From NCBI GenBank assembly GCA_964016885.1, contig OZ024742.1:12958001-13022000 (forward strand): a stretch of 64,000 nt of DNA, given 5' to 3'. Position numbers and translations under genes: made by a program. Every line of letters begins with the position of its first letter. The stretch's first letter is position 1. Of the stretch, positions 42,985 through 58,880 are shown one piece after another. The notes below the pieces were generated by a model. That model was not told the origin of the DNA, did no database searches, and worked only from the letters and a program-made list of their open reading frames with translations. This DNA comes from Eledone cirrhosa (taxonomy: Eukaryota).

Positions 42985-43592
42985 GTCAGGTCACTAGTTG
43001 GTGCTACTGGTAACATGTATCCTAGAACAACCTGTCTCATGGTCGGGTCGTTGGCGACTAAACTGGCAACCCCACCATGGTTTCTTGGTGAGGAGGGTGA
43101 CTTTGGACATCCTGCAGGACTAACAACAAAACCTGTCAAAGGGCAAAGGAGCTCTTAAGAGTCAATGGCCATCCAAAATCATCGGGAGAGATGACCACTT
43201 AGCCTTTGTCAAGGCAGAATTCTAGGAGAAGGAAAACCCTGATATAAGACCTGCAACCCTGATGATATCCAATGATGTTGACTTGATCTTCTTTTTGGTA
43301 AATATCATCTTGGTTAAGAGAGTGGGACTGGCTTTTTGCAGTGCCTTTGCTCACTATAAAAGCTTCACGGCATAGGCATTGCTTTATATCTGGAGACCTC
43401 TCTGCACTTGTCGTCACATGGTACCATGGGCCCAGCACTATGTGTCAATAATTGTCACAAGTGTAGTGTTTGTACCAGAGTTTTCAAGTCGCTGGCTGGA
43501 CTAAAAGTCACACTCGTTCAGCGCATCGGTAGGGGTTCTCCTACATGGATATAAAGTAGTGGCCGTACTCGAAAACGAGTTGGCAGCCACCA
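42985..43592 (+). mobile_element. Full-length ~608-bp RTE-derived non-autonomous element in (TATG)n
   Basis: Same termini as the 39489 and 54172 copies; C2H2 remnant CSVCTRVFKSLAGLKSH; inverted copy of its 5' 80 nt at 42878-42958. Confidence 0.88.
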
Positions 43593-43698
43593 TGTATGTA
43601 TGTATGTATGTGTGAATGTATGTATGTATGTATGTATGTATGTATGTATGTATGTATGTATGTATGTATGTATGTATGTATGTATGTATGTATGTATG

Positions 43699-45676
43699 TA
43701 TGGTTTTCGTGCTGCACGCGGCACTATTGATATGATCTTCTCAGCTAGACAGCTCCAGGAGAAGTGCATGGAACAAGGTTTGGATCTGTATCGGGTTTTT
43801 GTCGATCTGACAAAAGCTTTCGATACTCTTAACAGAGATGCATTATGGAAGGTTCTCCAGAAACTTGGTTGCCCTGATAAGTTCCTTGCTTTAGTTAGGT
43901 CTTTCCATGACGACATGAAGGCTTGGGTTAATGTCGGAGGTAATATGTCGGAGCCTATCTCAGTAAAAAATGGAGTGAAACAGGGGGATATTCCAGCACC
44001 GACCCTGTTTGCCATATACTTTGCAATGGTTTTCTGTATTGCATTCAGGAATTGCGAGCATGGTGTTTACATCTGATATCGAAGCTCAGGCAGCATATTT
44101 AACATTAGGCGCTTTGCTGCAAAGACAAAAGTATGTACATCAATCATAAGAGACCTCTTGTATGCAGATGATTGCGATCTTGTAGCGCACACAGAGAGTG
44201 ATATGCAGCACATTTTGAATGCATTTTCTGACGCTTGCACTGCCCTAGGATTGACTGTCAGTCTCAAGAAAACCGTCGTCATGTACCAACCTGCCCCTGT
44301 TAAGCAGTACAGTGAACCAAATATCTATGTGTATGATAAACGACTTGGAGTGGTTGATCAGTTTGTCTACCTGGGAAGCACTGTTAATCGATACAGCAAC
44401 CTTGACAGTGAAATCTCACTTAGGATTAGAAAAGCAAGTGATGCTTTCGGAAAGCTAGAAAGGCGACTCTGGGGTCGGCGAGACATATGCAGGAGGACAA
44501 AGGTAAAGGTGTACAAGGCATGTGTGCTCTCTTGTCTTCTTTATGCCTGCGAGACCTGGGTCACATATCGACACCACCTTAAGCAATTGGAGCGTTTCCA
44601 TCAGATGTGTCTCAGACGGATCCACGGCGTTCACTGGAGGGACCACATCAGTGATGTTGAGATTTTGGAAAGCTCTATGTGTGACAGTATAGAAGCTCTT
44701 GTGCTTAAGCAACGACTCCGTTGGAGTGGTCACCTTGCCAGGATGAAGGATTCTAGAATACCAAAACAACTCTTTTATGGAGAGTTGGTTAAAGGAAAAC
44801 GACCGCCACATAAACCAAAAAAGAGGTATAAGGATTCCTTGAAAGCCTCTTTGAAAGACGCTAACATCTCTGCTGATACATGGGAGAATATTGCTGCTGA
44901 TCGTAATAAATGGAGAAAGACTGTATATGAGGGAAAAGTTGCCTTTGAGGCATCTCGAATCGCATACGAGAAAGTAAAGCGGGATGTGAGGAAGGACATT
45001 GCTGTTGCACTTCCAGACGGCGAGGGTCCTCCTATGGTGCTGACATGCAGCGTCTGTGCGAGACTCTGCCTAAGCAAAGCTGAACTCGAAAGTCATCTTC
45101 GCAGTCATAAAGTAAGACCAGTGGTTAACTACCAGGCTGCTGTTGGAGATGCTACTCATCATGCTTGCCAAACATATGGTAGAGAATGTAAATCAGCAGG
45201 AGGGCTCAAGCGACATGCAAAAGTACATGAACTCCAACCACAGCCGGCTATTCCCAGTGAATGTTTTGGTTGCCGACTCTGTGGAAGACATTTTAGATCA
45301 TTGGCTGGGCTAACAAGCCACATTCGATCGCAGCGCTGTTAGTTGCTATCGTGTGTGTGTATAGGTATGTTTATGTGTGTGCGTGTGTGTGTATATATAT
45401 ATATGTATATGTATATTATTATTGTTGCTGTTGTCGTTATTATTATTGTTGTTATTATTATTATTTTTATTATTGTTATTAATGTATATGTGTGTGTGTA
45501 TATATATATGTGTGTATATATGTATATGTATGTGTGTATATATATATATAGATAGATAGATAGATAGATATATATTTCTTTTTCTTATTTTATTTTATTT
45601 TTTATTTATTTATTAATATATAATTTTTTTTTTCCTCGTGCAATAGCCATACTCGATAACGAGGGGGCAGCCATCA
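43699..45676 (+). mobile_element. 5'-truncated RTE-clade LINE in (TATG)n
   Basis: YGFR..RGTIDMIF, FVDLTKAFD, GVKQG, LYADD, FVYLGS, LLYACETW, RLRWSGH..RM; in-frame stop at about 44074; ends ggcagccatca-(tgta)n. Confidence 0.92.
44158..45342 (+). CDS. RTE RT C-terminal half with three C2H2-like zinc fingers
   Basis: YADD; CSVC..H, CQTY..H..H, CRLC..H. Confidence 0.85.
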   Translation: MYADDCDLVAHTESDMQHILNAFSDACTALGLTVSLKKTVVMYQPAPVKQYSEPNIYVYDKRLGVVDQFVYLGSTVNRYSNLDSEISLRIRKASDAFGKLERRLWGRRDICRRTKVKVYKACVLSCLLYACETWVTYRHHLKQLERFHQMCLRRIHGVHWRDHISDVEILESSMCDSIEALVLKQRLRWSGHLARMKDSRIPKQLFYGELVKGKRPPHKPKKRYKDSLKASLKDANISADTWENIAADRNKWRKTVYEGKVAFEASRIAYEKVKRDVRKDIAVALPDGEGPPMVLTCSVCARLCLSKAELESHLRSHKVRPVVNYQAAVGDATHHACQTYGRECKSAGGLKRHAKVHELQPQPAIPSECFGCRLCGRHFRSLAGLTSHIRSQRC

Positions 45677-45721
45677 TGTATGTATGTATGTATGCATGTA
45701 TGTATGTATGTATGAATGTAA

Positions 45722-45760
<39 letters not shown>

Positions 45761-45789
45761 GAAATTTATATATGTAAGCCTATCATGTA

Positions 45790-45934
<145 letters not shown>

Positions 45935-46447
45935 TGTGTGTCGGTGTAAGCCTAGCATGTATTCAATATGTGTACGTTAGAGTTACTCTACACATGATAG
46001 TGTATAAAAGTTCTATGTAAACGTCAACTTAACTTTAGAGAATTTTGAGTAAATGAAAGAAACATTTTGGCCAGTCATTGGTGCGAAAACGGAACTGACC
46101 GGAGGTGAGGTGTTGTGACCTAACGTAAACGAAGTACATGTTAGATCCTTTGTGTGACTATAGAAGACGTTTCTATAGTGAAACAAATACTGGTTATTTG
46201 CTGGAAACTTTAGATCGAAGTATCAAAATCGATCAGCAAGTTGCTGACACTCTTCGTGTTTATACTTATACTGATTCCCTAAATAATTCGTTGATATGTT
46301 TCCTCCAATGTCTGCAGTGATATATGTTAATCCGAGCTGTTTATTTTATATATTTGACAGGGAGATCAGAGAGAAGATGGAGGTCTCTGGCTAGGAAGCT
46401 CGCTTTATAATCCCGTCTTATTGAGCTTTATCCCACTATATAAATAA

Positions 46448-46502
<55 letters not shown>

Positions 46503-46505
<3 letters not shown>

Positions 46506-46695
46506 CGAAGGAATTGTGGTAAGGAACCAGATGGACCATAACGCACCAGAGTACGCAATACTCAGGGTAGTAGAGTGGGTAATAGGAAAAAGTATGATAC
46601 AGACGGCAGAGCTCAAGACGTTTCGACGGCTATTTTGTGAGTCCAGAAATAGCCGTCGAAACGGCTTGAGCTCTGCCATGGGGGTCATACCTTTT

Positions 46696-46700
<5 letters not shown>
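46503..46700. mobile_element. Fold-back element, family A
   Basis: Same tail and arm end (ttttcctat) as the other copies. Confidence 0.85.
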
Positions 46701-46783
<83 letters not shown>

Positions 46784-46789
<6 letters not shown>

Positions 46790-47044
46790 CTGAGTTTTTC
46801 GAATATTAATAATTGTTTCTACTTTTGGCATAAGGCCACCAATTATCCCAGTACATTACTGGTACTTTATTTTATCAACCCCGTAAGGATGAAAGGCAAA
46901 GTTAACCTCGGCGCGATTGCCTTTCATCCTTACGGGGTCGATTCGATTCGTTTGCAATTATGCAAACGAATCGAATGTTATTATTAATATTCGAAAAACT
47001 CAGATTACATTTTTTTTATTCAGCCATGTAGAGCGAAAATTTTA
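46784..47044. repeat. Nested fold-back containing a SINE 3' fragment
   Basis: Outer arms 46784-46813 / 46979-47009; SINE core inverted internally; extra hairpin at 46942-46975. Confidence 0.75.
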
Positions 47045-47077
47045 TATATATAGAAATAAATCGTATATATATATATA

Positions 47078-47420
47078 TTAGTATATGTTGGTTGTATACC
47101 AAACCACACCTCAGTATGCAGATAGGAGCACTCGACGAAGTGCGCAGGTTGGTTTGGTTACTCCGGAGTAATGTAAAATAAAATAAAATAAATAAGTCAA
47201 ATGTTTAAAATGTGGCTTCGTTTATTACTGCAATATATATTTCGGTGACAGCCATCTTTGGCTGTGACCTCTTCAGGCAGTCCGAATTAGTGTGGTAGAG
47301 ACGAGTACACATGTTGTTGAGGTGTTTAACTTTCTCAATACTCTGATATGCCCAGTTCCTGGTTGGGCTGTTATTTCACTGAGGAACTGGAATCATATGA
47401 TTCCAGTTCCTCAGTGAAAC
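47078..47420 (-). mobile_element. Solo pLTR of the 22914 PLE with HHR (47227-47281) and terminal hairpin
   Basis: Matches 22914-23140 plus the tail; tttcactgaggaactggaatca-ta-tgattccagttcctcagtgaaa. Confidence 0.88.
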
Positions 47421-47447
47421 TATATATATATAGTTTTAATATAGATG

Positions 47448-47498
47448 AGATTCTACAGGAGTAGAACTGTTTCAATCTTTAGAAATCATCAGGAATCT
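47448..47498 (-). ncRNA. Canonical type-I hammerhead ribozyme
   Basis: Reverse complement: agattc-CTGATGA-tttctaaagatt-GAAA-cag..ctg-TA-gaatct; family of 60573, 58760 and 7880. Confidence 0.8.
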
Positions 47499-47763
47499 AG
47501 CTTTCCCAAATATATGTTTGGTATTTATATCTTTTCAGGTGGTAGGAGAGGGTGGGGAGTGGGATGGGTGGAGGTCATTGGTTGAAAGAAAAGGGAATTC
47601 ATTAAAAGCTAATTCTTTAAGGCTATAATTTATATTTAGAGTGACAATGGCAGAAATAATTCTATAAACAAGTTCAAATTGGGGTGGCACTCCTTATTTT
47701 TAAGTTTCTCTTAAATATATATGTATATATGTGTGTATATGTATATATATACATATATATATG

Positions 47764-47816
<53 letters not shown>

Positions 47817-47817
47817 A

Positions 47818-47858
<41 letters not shown>

Positions 47859-47944
47859 GTGTGTGTGTGTGTTTGTGTATGTGTATATATGTGTGTATAT
47901 GAGTGTATATATGTGTATATATATATGTATATATATATATATAA

Positions 47945-48146
47945 ATGTCTATATAGTGTATTTTACAATACACTCTATGCTTAATTAAAAGCATTTCGAA
48001 GACCTTACGCTATTGTTTTATAGTAGTGACAGTCGCACTTACTTTAATTTTCAGCAAACAGGGGAGATAAAGCTGACAGAGCTCTGCTTCGCACTTTAGC
48101 TTATATATTCATATATATATCGCTATTTCAGAGCACCAATTCCAAT

Positions 48147-48147
<1 letters not shown>
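47945..48147. mobile_element. Truncated member of the 310-nt retrozyme-like family
   Basis: Shares gaagacctt.cgctat, ggagataa..gctgaca and atcgctatttcagagca..ccaat with 8232 and 10818. Confidence 0.7.
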
Positions 48148-48183
<36 letters not shown>

Positions 48184-48207
48184 ATGTATATGTATGTATA
48201 ATGTGTA

Positions 48208-48273
<66 letters not shown>

Positions 48274-48384
48274 TAAAGTTAGTCCTTCATCAGTGATCTT
48301 CCAACCATCATTGGTATTTCATCGCTTTGAAGACTATATACCTCCGGTTGGTGCGAGCAACGGCTAAAAAAAATCTAGAGATAT

Positions 48385-48552
48385 AATTAAGGAGCCGTAT
48401 TTATATCTATAGATATAAATACGGCTCCTTAATTGTAGAGCTAACTCTGTTGAAAGGAATCGACTGCTGTTTCTAGTTGTCGAATTCACGCCACTGAGAC
48501 GAAGCTGCTGTTTCTAGTTGTCGAATTCACGCCACTAAGACGAAGCTGCTGT
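48385..48552. repeat. Perfect 50-bp palindrome (48385-48434) followed by a 41-bp tandem duplication (48464-48552)
   Basis: Read directly from the sequence. Confidence 0.85.
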
Positions 48553-48989
48553 GATGTGTAAACACAACACGTGGTAGCAGCCAGTTGCAGATTTGGACTC
48601 GTTGTGTAAGCATGGATTGCTGTAAATTTTTCTTCCTTGTTGATAATCCAAAAATATCCACTTCCGTGACTTACCATCCGATTAATTGGTGAACTATATT
48701 TCTTTAATGGAATATATACAGGGAAGATTAATCATATTAAAAGGTATCTATTTTTGAAGTTCTAGTCAACTTTATTTTGTTACCTACCTAGTTATGCGTG
48801 GTTACACGCTTGTAAAAATTATCTCCTGTGATTATTCATGTTTATATATATGTTAATCAATTTCTAGTTATTATAAAATGCTCGGACCTACTCGATAGAA
48901 TCTTTGAGCTTATTTTCCGGGCAATTTGGCGCACGCCTATGGCATGACACCCATAATTTGGATATGTATATATATATATATATATTTAT

Positions 48990-50224
<1,235 letters not shown>

Positions 50225-50433
50225 TATTTATATTTATATATTTATATATATCTATACGTATATATACGTGTACACATATGTATATAACTGGATTAAACTA
50301 GTAAGACCATTATTCAGCACAATACTCGATACTTGGGATAGTAGGGTGAGATTATATAAGAAATAGATGGGACCCCGACTCTTTCTAAACTATATGTGTG
50401 TATGTTTGTGTGTGTGTGGGGGTGTGTGTGTGT

Positions 50434-50532
<99 letters not shown>

Positions 50533-51891
50533 TGTATCGATAGATAAATAGATATGTAGATATAGATATAGATATATGTGTATATACACCTACGAATATA
50601 TATACATACATATAATGTTACAATGTCTCTTATATACCCACAGATGCAGCGATTATACATGCATATATGAATATGAAAATGAATGTATAAATATATGTGT
50701 TGGTGTGTGAGTGTGCGTCTGTGTGTCGAAAGAGATGGAGAGAGAAACAGACAGGTCGATGCATAAATACTTACATCAAATGAAGCTCGATATATTATGA
50801 TACATAGATCGATGGATAAATATATATAATTTTACAGACACGCGCACACACCCAGACACACACTCGCACACAGACGCTCATACACACATAGATACATACA
50901 TATATATACATGCATTTGATAGTAATGGTGACCCGCTTTTTGGAAAATCAGCGAGTGATATTGCCATAATAGTGAAACATTGTCTGGTATTTCAAGGAAT
51001 TTTACACTAAGATATAATTAAATAGAAGTAAATAAAATTAGAGATCATTCTGGAAGTTCACATAACAATAAAATAATTGTCTATTGTCTGCAGATAAAGT
51101 CTGACATGAAACCGAGATCAGACGAGAAAGAATAATGGCAGCCGTCAAGATAGCAACTAACAAACTGAATTGACTGGACACACGATAACTTGTAATTATT
51201 ATATCACGTTCAGAAAAGAAGAAAAATGAGAGAAAAATCTCTCTGAATTCGAACCCCTTGTTTTAAGTAAATTTTTAGAAAAGTTTAAGAATCCTCAATT
51301 TGTAAGTTATCTCTGCGTATATGGAAGGGATGTGATACACGTTTCAATGGATATTTCAGACTTTAGCGATTATTTTTAAACGGTTTCACTATTCAACGAA
51401 AGAGTATAACTAGTATGAGAAGCAACATTCGGTACTAAATAGGATATATTTGAAAGTAGAGAAATTTGTTTTAATGTGTTCTCTGTTATTACTTTCAATT
51501 TTTTTTTTCTCTCTTTTATTTTGGTGTTATCGACAAAGTTAGAAGAGATAATAGACTCACATTGTAAAAGTTCGGAACAACTTATGTGTTTATTAGTAAT
51601 ATAGTATTAAACATAGCGAGTAGTTTTAACTGCGAATGGTCCACCTTCATTTTAATGTCATTTTTATGACTACACATTTTCTCGGAAATCTTTTGTTTTC
51701 TCTCATTATATGACGGTTTGCTTTTTGTTTTATTGTTTGTCTATGTCTAGATATCACATGAAATGGCTTTCCTGCTATTTTCCACTGCTTTGAACCTATG
51801 TTATATCCGCTAGTCTCATCACTGAAAGCCATTATATTCGAAATTTTGAATATATATCACCGGGGATGTAAATATATATATATATATGTGT

Positions 51892-51923
<32 letters not shown>

Positions 51924-52544
51924 ACATACATGCATATATATATATATATAACATTATAATAGTTACTGTTATATCTTTATCTTTCTACCGCACTCATTGG
52001 AGGGTGGGAAGGTGTATATGTGATTACCTATATGTGTAAGTGATGACATTGAGTACGTATGTATATATATATATATATGTATGTGTCCGTGTGTGTGTAT
52101 AAATTTGTGTATGTATGAATTTATATGTTTGTATATGTATGTATAAATGTATTATGTGCGTGTATGTATGTATGCATGTATGTATGTATGTATGAGATTG
52201 TTATATGTCTACACTCGTATCTCTAAATGTGTATCTATATTTTATGTTATTCTGTATATATATATGGGTATATAACTATATTATAGCTTGTGAGGGTCAT
52301 TATATTCTACATATACACTCAACATCCATAAATACATAGATACACATACATACAAACATACATACAAACATACATATATACATACAGACAGACAGACATT
52401 CACACATACATAAATACATACATACATACATACATCATACATACATACATACATACATACATACATACATACATACATACATACATACATACATACATAC
52501 AGACATTCACACATACATAAATACATACATACATACACAAAAGA

Positions 52545-53290
52545 GATAGGGATGCAGGCAAAACACCTAAATGTGATAACAAGTACAGACTCTGCAGAAC
52601 TAACATCGAGGATATCACCCATGTCATCAGCAGCTGTCGAAAGATGTCATCGCGGTACTATCTACCTATGAAGCATGATGTAGTGGCCAAAACACTGTCC
52701 AATGCAGTCCAGAAAAAAGATAGCCCCGATAATAAACACATTAAAAGCTACAGCAATGTGGAAGACATCCATGCAGGCATAACAGACCAGATATTATGAT
52801 ATGGGACAGGGAGAAGAAAGCATGCACAGTAGTGGAAATCAGCTGCCCAGCAGATGCCAATATAATATCAAAGATTAGCGAAAAGGAGAATATTTATGCA
52901 GAACTGATGAGAAATCTGCAGATACTCCACCCTGATTACACCTTCAGATTTATGCATGTGATTATTGGGGCACTGGGATATGTTAGTAACTGCCTCAATA
53001 CAAATCTTGAGAATCTAGGCTTCACAGGAACAGAAAGAACACAACTAGTTAGGAAATTACAAGTACAATCCATTAATGGAACAGTAAAAATATGTAAAAC
53101 ATTCCAAAAGTTTTGCATCTAATCACTGCATATACACATGTAGAGATGCAAAGCATATACAGCTCAAAACATCCACATCCACACATACAATAACATCCAT
53201 ATCTACACATTCATGCATACATACATATCTACCTAGTTGATGTTGTGTAAATTCCAATTAGTGAGTCTTGTGTCTACGTTAGAAATCGAC
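52545..53290 (+). pseudogene. 3' fragment of a second RLE-type LINE (R4/Dong-like)
   Basis: RPDI.IWDREKKACTVVEISCP..KENIY, TVKICKTF. Confidence 0.82.
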
Positions 53291-53366
53291 TCTCTCTCTA
53301 TTGGTAAAACTTTGGGAAATTATAAAACCAGAAGAACATACATACATATACACATACATATATACA

Positions 53367-53472
53367 TGATGGCTGCCCCCTCGTTATCGAGGATGGCCGT
53401 TGCGCGAGGAGAAAAAAAATATATATATTAATAAATAAATAAATAAAAATAAAAATTAAAATAAAAAAAAAG

Positions 53473-53536
<64 letters not shown>

Positions 53537-54076
53537 TTACATATACATATATACACACATATATATACACATATACATTAATAACAATAATAATAATAAT
53601 AATAATAATAATGACAACAATAATAATAACGACAACAACAACAATAATAATATACATATACATATATATATACACACACACGCACACACATAAACATATC
53701 TATACACACACACACACACACGATAGCAACTAACAGCGCTGCGATCGAATGTGGCTTTTTAACCCAGCCAATGATCTAAAATGTCTTGCACAGAGTCGGG
53801 AACCAAAACATTCACTGGGAATAGCCGACTGTGGTTGGAGTTCATGTACTTTTGCATGTCGCTTGAGCCCTCCTGCTGATTTACATCTCTACCACATGTT
53901 TGGCAAGCATGATGAGTAGCATCTCCAACAGCAGCCTGGTAGTCAACCACTGGTCTTAATTTATGACTGCGAAGATGACTTTCGAGTCCAGCTTTGCTTA
54001 GGTAGAGTCTCGCACAGACGCTGCATGTCAGCACCATAGGAGGACCCTCGCCGTCTGGAAGTGCAACAGCAATGCC
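53367..54076 (-). mobile_element. 3' fragment of the RTE LINE at 43699
   Basis: Reverse complement of about 44995-45676; flanked by (CATA)n. Confidence 0.9.
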
Positions 54077-54107
54077 CTATATATGCATACATACATACAT
54101 ACATACA

Positions 54108-54141
<34 letters not shown>

Positions 54142-54171
54142 CATACATACATACATACATACATACATACA

Positions 54172-54780
54172 TGGTGGCTGCCAACTCGTTTTCGAGTACG
54201 GCCACTACTTTATATCCATGTAGGAGAACCCCTACCGATGCGCTGTACGAGTGTGACTTTTTAGTCCAGCCAGCGACTTGAAAACTCTGGTACAAACACT
54301 ACACTTGTGACAATTATTGACACATAGTGCTGGGCCCTTGGTACCATGTGATGACAAGTGCAGAGAGATATCCAGATATAAAGCAATGCCTGTGCCGTGA
54401 AGCTTTTATAGTGAGCAAAGGCACTGCACAAAGCCAGTCCCACTCTCTTAACCAAGATGATATTTACCAAAAAGAAGAACAAGTCAACATCATTGGATAC
54501 CATCAGGGTTGCAGGTGCTATATCAGAGTTTTCCTTCTCCTAGAATTCTGCCTTGACAAAGGCTAAGTGGTCATCTCTCCCGGTGATTTTGGATTGCCAT
54601 TGACTCTTAAGAGCTCCTTTGCCCTTTGACAGGCTTTGTTTTTAGTCCTGCAGGATGTCCAAAGTCACCCTCCTCACCAAGAAACCTTGTTGGGGTTGCC
54701 AGTTTAGTCGCCAACGACCCGACCATGGGACAGGTTGTACTGGGATACATGTTACCAGTAGCACCAATTGGTGACCTGAC
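54172..54780 (-). mobile_element. Full-length RTE-derived non-autonomous element in (CATA)n
   Basis: Reverse complement of 42985-43592. Confidence 0.88.
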
Positions 54781-54829
54781 ATACATACATACATACATAC
54801 ATACATACATACATACATACATACATACA

Positions 54830-54860
<31 letters not shown>

Positions 54861-55144
54861 GCACATACATATATAGATAAGCATAAATCTAACCCACAAT
54901 GAACTCAAACAAAAATGTCTCCCTAGCAACAGTCTAATTTGAGTTGTTTCCATTGTCACCAAACAACCATCGTCTGTCACGCAGAATCCAGTCAGGTCAT
55001 ATGCACTTCCGTTCTCACCGCAGCCATACACCATTTGAAATTCCAGTCGATGAAACGCACGTCCACGAATATGGTTTGCTAATTTGTTATGGAATTAACA
55101 CACACACTTTCTTTCACCCCCCCCCCTCTCTCTCTCTCTCTCTT

Positions 55145-55703
<559 letters not shown>

Positions 55704-55740
55704 GAAGAAGAAATTAAAAGATAGTTAAAAAATTTCCATA

Positions 55741-55810
55741 TATTTTATTATGCGCATTTCGAAAACAACATCATCCTGGGACAAAAATTGTGTTCTCATC
55801 AGATAAAATA
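55741..55810 (-). ncRNA. Type-I hammerhead ribozyme in a diverged relative of the 55252 family
   Basis: Reverse complement: tattttat-CTGATGA-gaaca..tgttttc-GAAA-tgcgca-TA-ataaaata. Confidence 0.82.
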
Positions 55811-56003
55811 AGGTAACATGATATGAGGCCTAAAAATAAATGCCATTGTTAAATAATAAATTAATCAACTAATACCTTAACACTTCACACAAAGTAAAAT
55901 ATTTCGTTTTAATCATTTTCTAACCCAGAAAAAAGAGAGAGAGAGAGACAAAAAAAGGAAAAAAAAATATTTTTCTTCCTCATAATCGTCTCTTTCTCCC
56001 TGT

Positions 56004-56061
<58 letters not shown>

Positions 56062-56063
<2 letters not shown>

Positions 56064-56360
56064 TGATTAATGTTCAGAGCCATCCTCAGCATTCTCGTGT
56101 AGCACCCATCCACCATCTGAGTGAGTTTCTTGGTCACTGTCCAAGTCTCAGACCCGTACAGCAGCACAGACTCCACTACAGCAATGAGGAGGTGGATTTT
56201 CAGGTCTTTACGAAGGTCCGATTTCCACACCGATCTCAAGGTGTGGCACGCCGCCCAGGCTTTGCTCTTCCTCTAAACCACGTCAACTACCGTATTCCCA
56301 ATCTTTGCTCCCAAATACAGGAAGTCCTCAACCAATTCTAGCGGCTTCCCGCCTACATCA
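56062..56360 (-). pseudogene. RTE-like LINE RT fragment
   Basis: VEDFLYLG, VESVLLYGSETWT, YTRMLRMALNI. Confidence 0.8.
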
Positions 56361-56518
56361 GTGATGCCCTCTGGCTTCTCAACATTCTCTAAGGACAGAC
56401 ACTGGTCTGTTGGAGACGCAGTACATGGCAGCGATAATGAGGGACAGAGACCGCTGGAGAGAACTCGTCCATGGATCTCGGGAATTTTACCCGCCCTAGA
56501 ACATATATATATGTATAC

Positions 56519-57610
<1,092 letters not shown>

Positions 57611-57660
57611 CATATTTTATTTTACAATATTAACAAAGGAGAGTTATTTTATATATCTCA

Positions 57661-57757
<97 letters not shown>

Positions 57758-57959
57758 TAAAAAGAAGGAAACAGTGATACTGAACAATTAATGTTATTAG
57801 GTCGACACTTAGATGTAAGGTGTGTATATATGTGACTAGAAAGAGTTGTATATGTGATGTGTCTATATATATATATATATGTGACTAGAAAGCGTTGTAT
57901 ATGTGATGTGTGTATATATATATATATGAGAAAATCACACGAAGACGCTTTAACGACAG

Positions 57960-58375
57960 AGTTCGTTATAGTCCTCAAAAGGTGAGATTTTCAATTGATA
58001 TAGTGCAGTATCTGGTTCAGTTTGCAATAAAGGTAAAAGTGTCGTTCTCAAGCTTGAATAACACATCTAGGAAGTTAATGCTGCTATAGTTTGTTTGAAT
58101 AGGGATCTTAAATCTTATGACTCTTAGAAATGTTATCTTCTCGTTTCGTACCGTGTCAGTGTCAAGATAAATAAAGACTGAGTGTGATAAGTCGACTGTC
58201 ACAATAGAGAGAGCCTCTGAAATAGAGGAACCTGTCATATCATACTTTAGACGGCGGGGAGAACAATCAGATATGTTACACCACCCGAGTCTGTTGTCCA
58301 CAAGCTAACGCCAAAAGGGAACTTTCTCGAACTTTTGATCCGAATTTATCAAAACAGTTTTTCTAGCGTAGATGT
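57960..58375 (-). pseudogene. Highly decayed PLE RT fragment
   Basis: INFLDV..KLENDT and RKTVL..FGV remnants. Confidence 0.45.
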
Positions 58376-58397
58376 CGATACCTTGGTCGCTTATATA

Positions 58398-58611
58398 CGA
58401 GTGTCGGCTGCACAGTTCATACATTGAAAAGTCCATAAGCTGACCAAGATACTCTCATGGAATGACCAAATAGTGTTTATTTTTTAACCTAGTCCCTGGA
58501 AAGAAACAATGCAGTTATTAATAAGAAGAGTTGAAATTAATGCAGGTAAAATTTCACAGCTCTAGCATCACTCCTTCATAGTCAGCCTATAAACGTTTCA
58601 CCCTACCCTCG
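58398..58611. mobile_element. Tc1/mariner-type MITE
   Basis: TA|CGAGTGTCGGCTG ... CA.CC.ACCCTCG degenerate TIRs. Confidence 0.65.
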
Positions 58612-58699
58612 ATTATATACAACCCGAAACTGCTTGGCAACGCGGTCGGGATTTTACATATCTCTCTTTATATATGTGTGAGTGAGTGTGTGTGTGTGT

Positions 58700-58849
58700 G
58701 TTGAGTAACCACAGTAGGTAAGGTACACAATACATAGCAGTGTATAAATTGTTAATATAGGAATGGCTTCTACAGGACTAGAACTGTTTCATTCGAAGAA
58801 AATCATCAAGCTTCGAATGAAACAGCTTTAGACCTGTTGAAGCCATTTT

Positions 58850-58856
<7 letters not shown>
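58700..58856. mobile_element. Fold-back of the 60493 family (HHR 3' half)
   Basis: ggcttctacagg..ctgtttcattcgaag / cttcgaatgaaacag..cctg..gaagcc. Confidence 0.75.

Positions 58857-58880
<24 letters not shown>

Noticed and set aside
54885-55095. Possible host exon (also 28200-28420 and 46020-46430)
   Set aside because: No recognisable protein motif or supportable splice structure; left unassigned.
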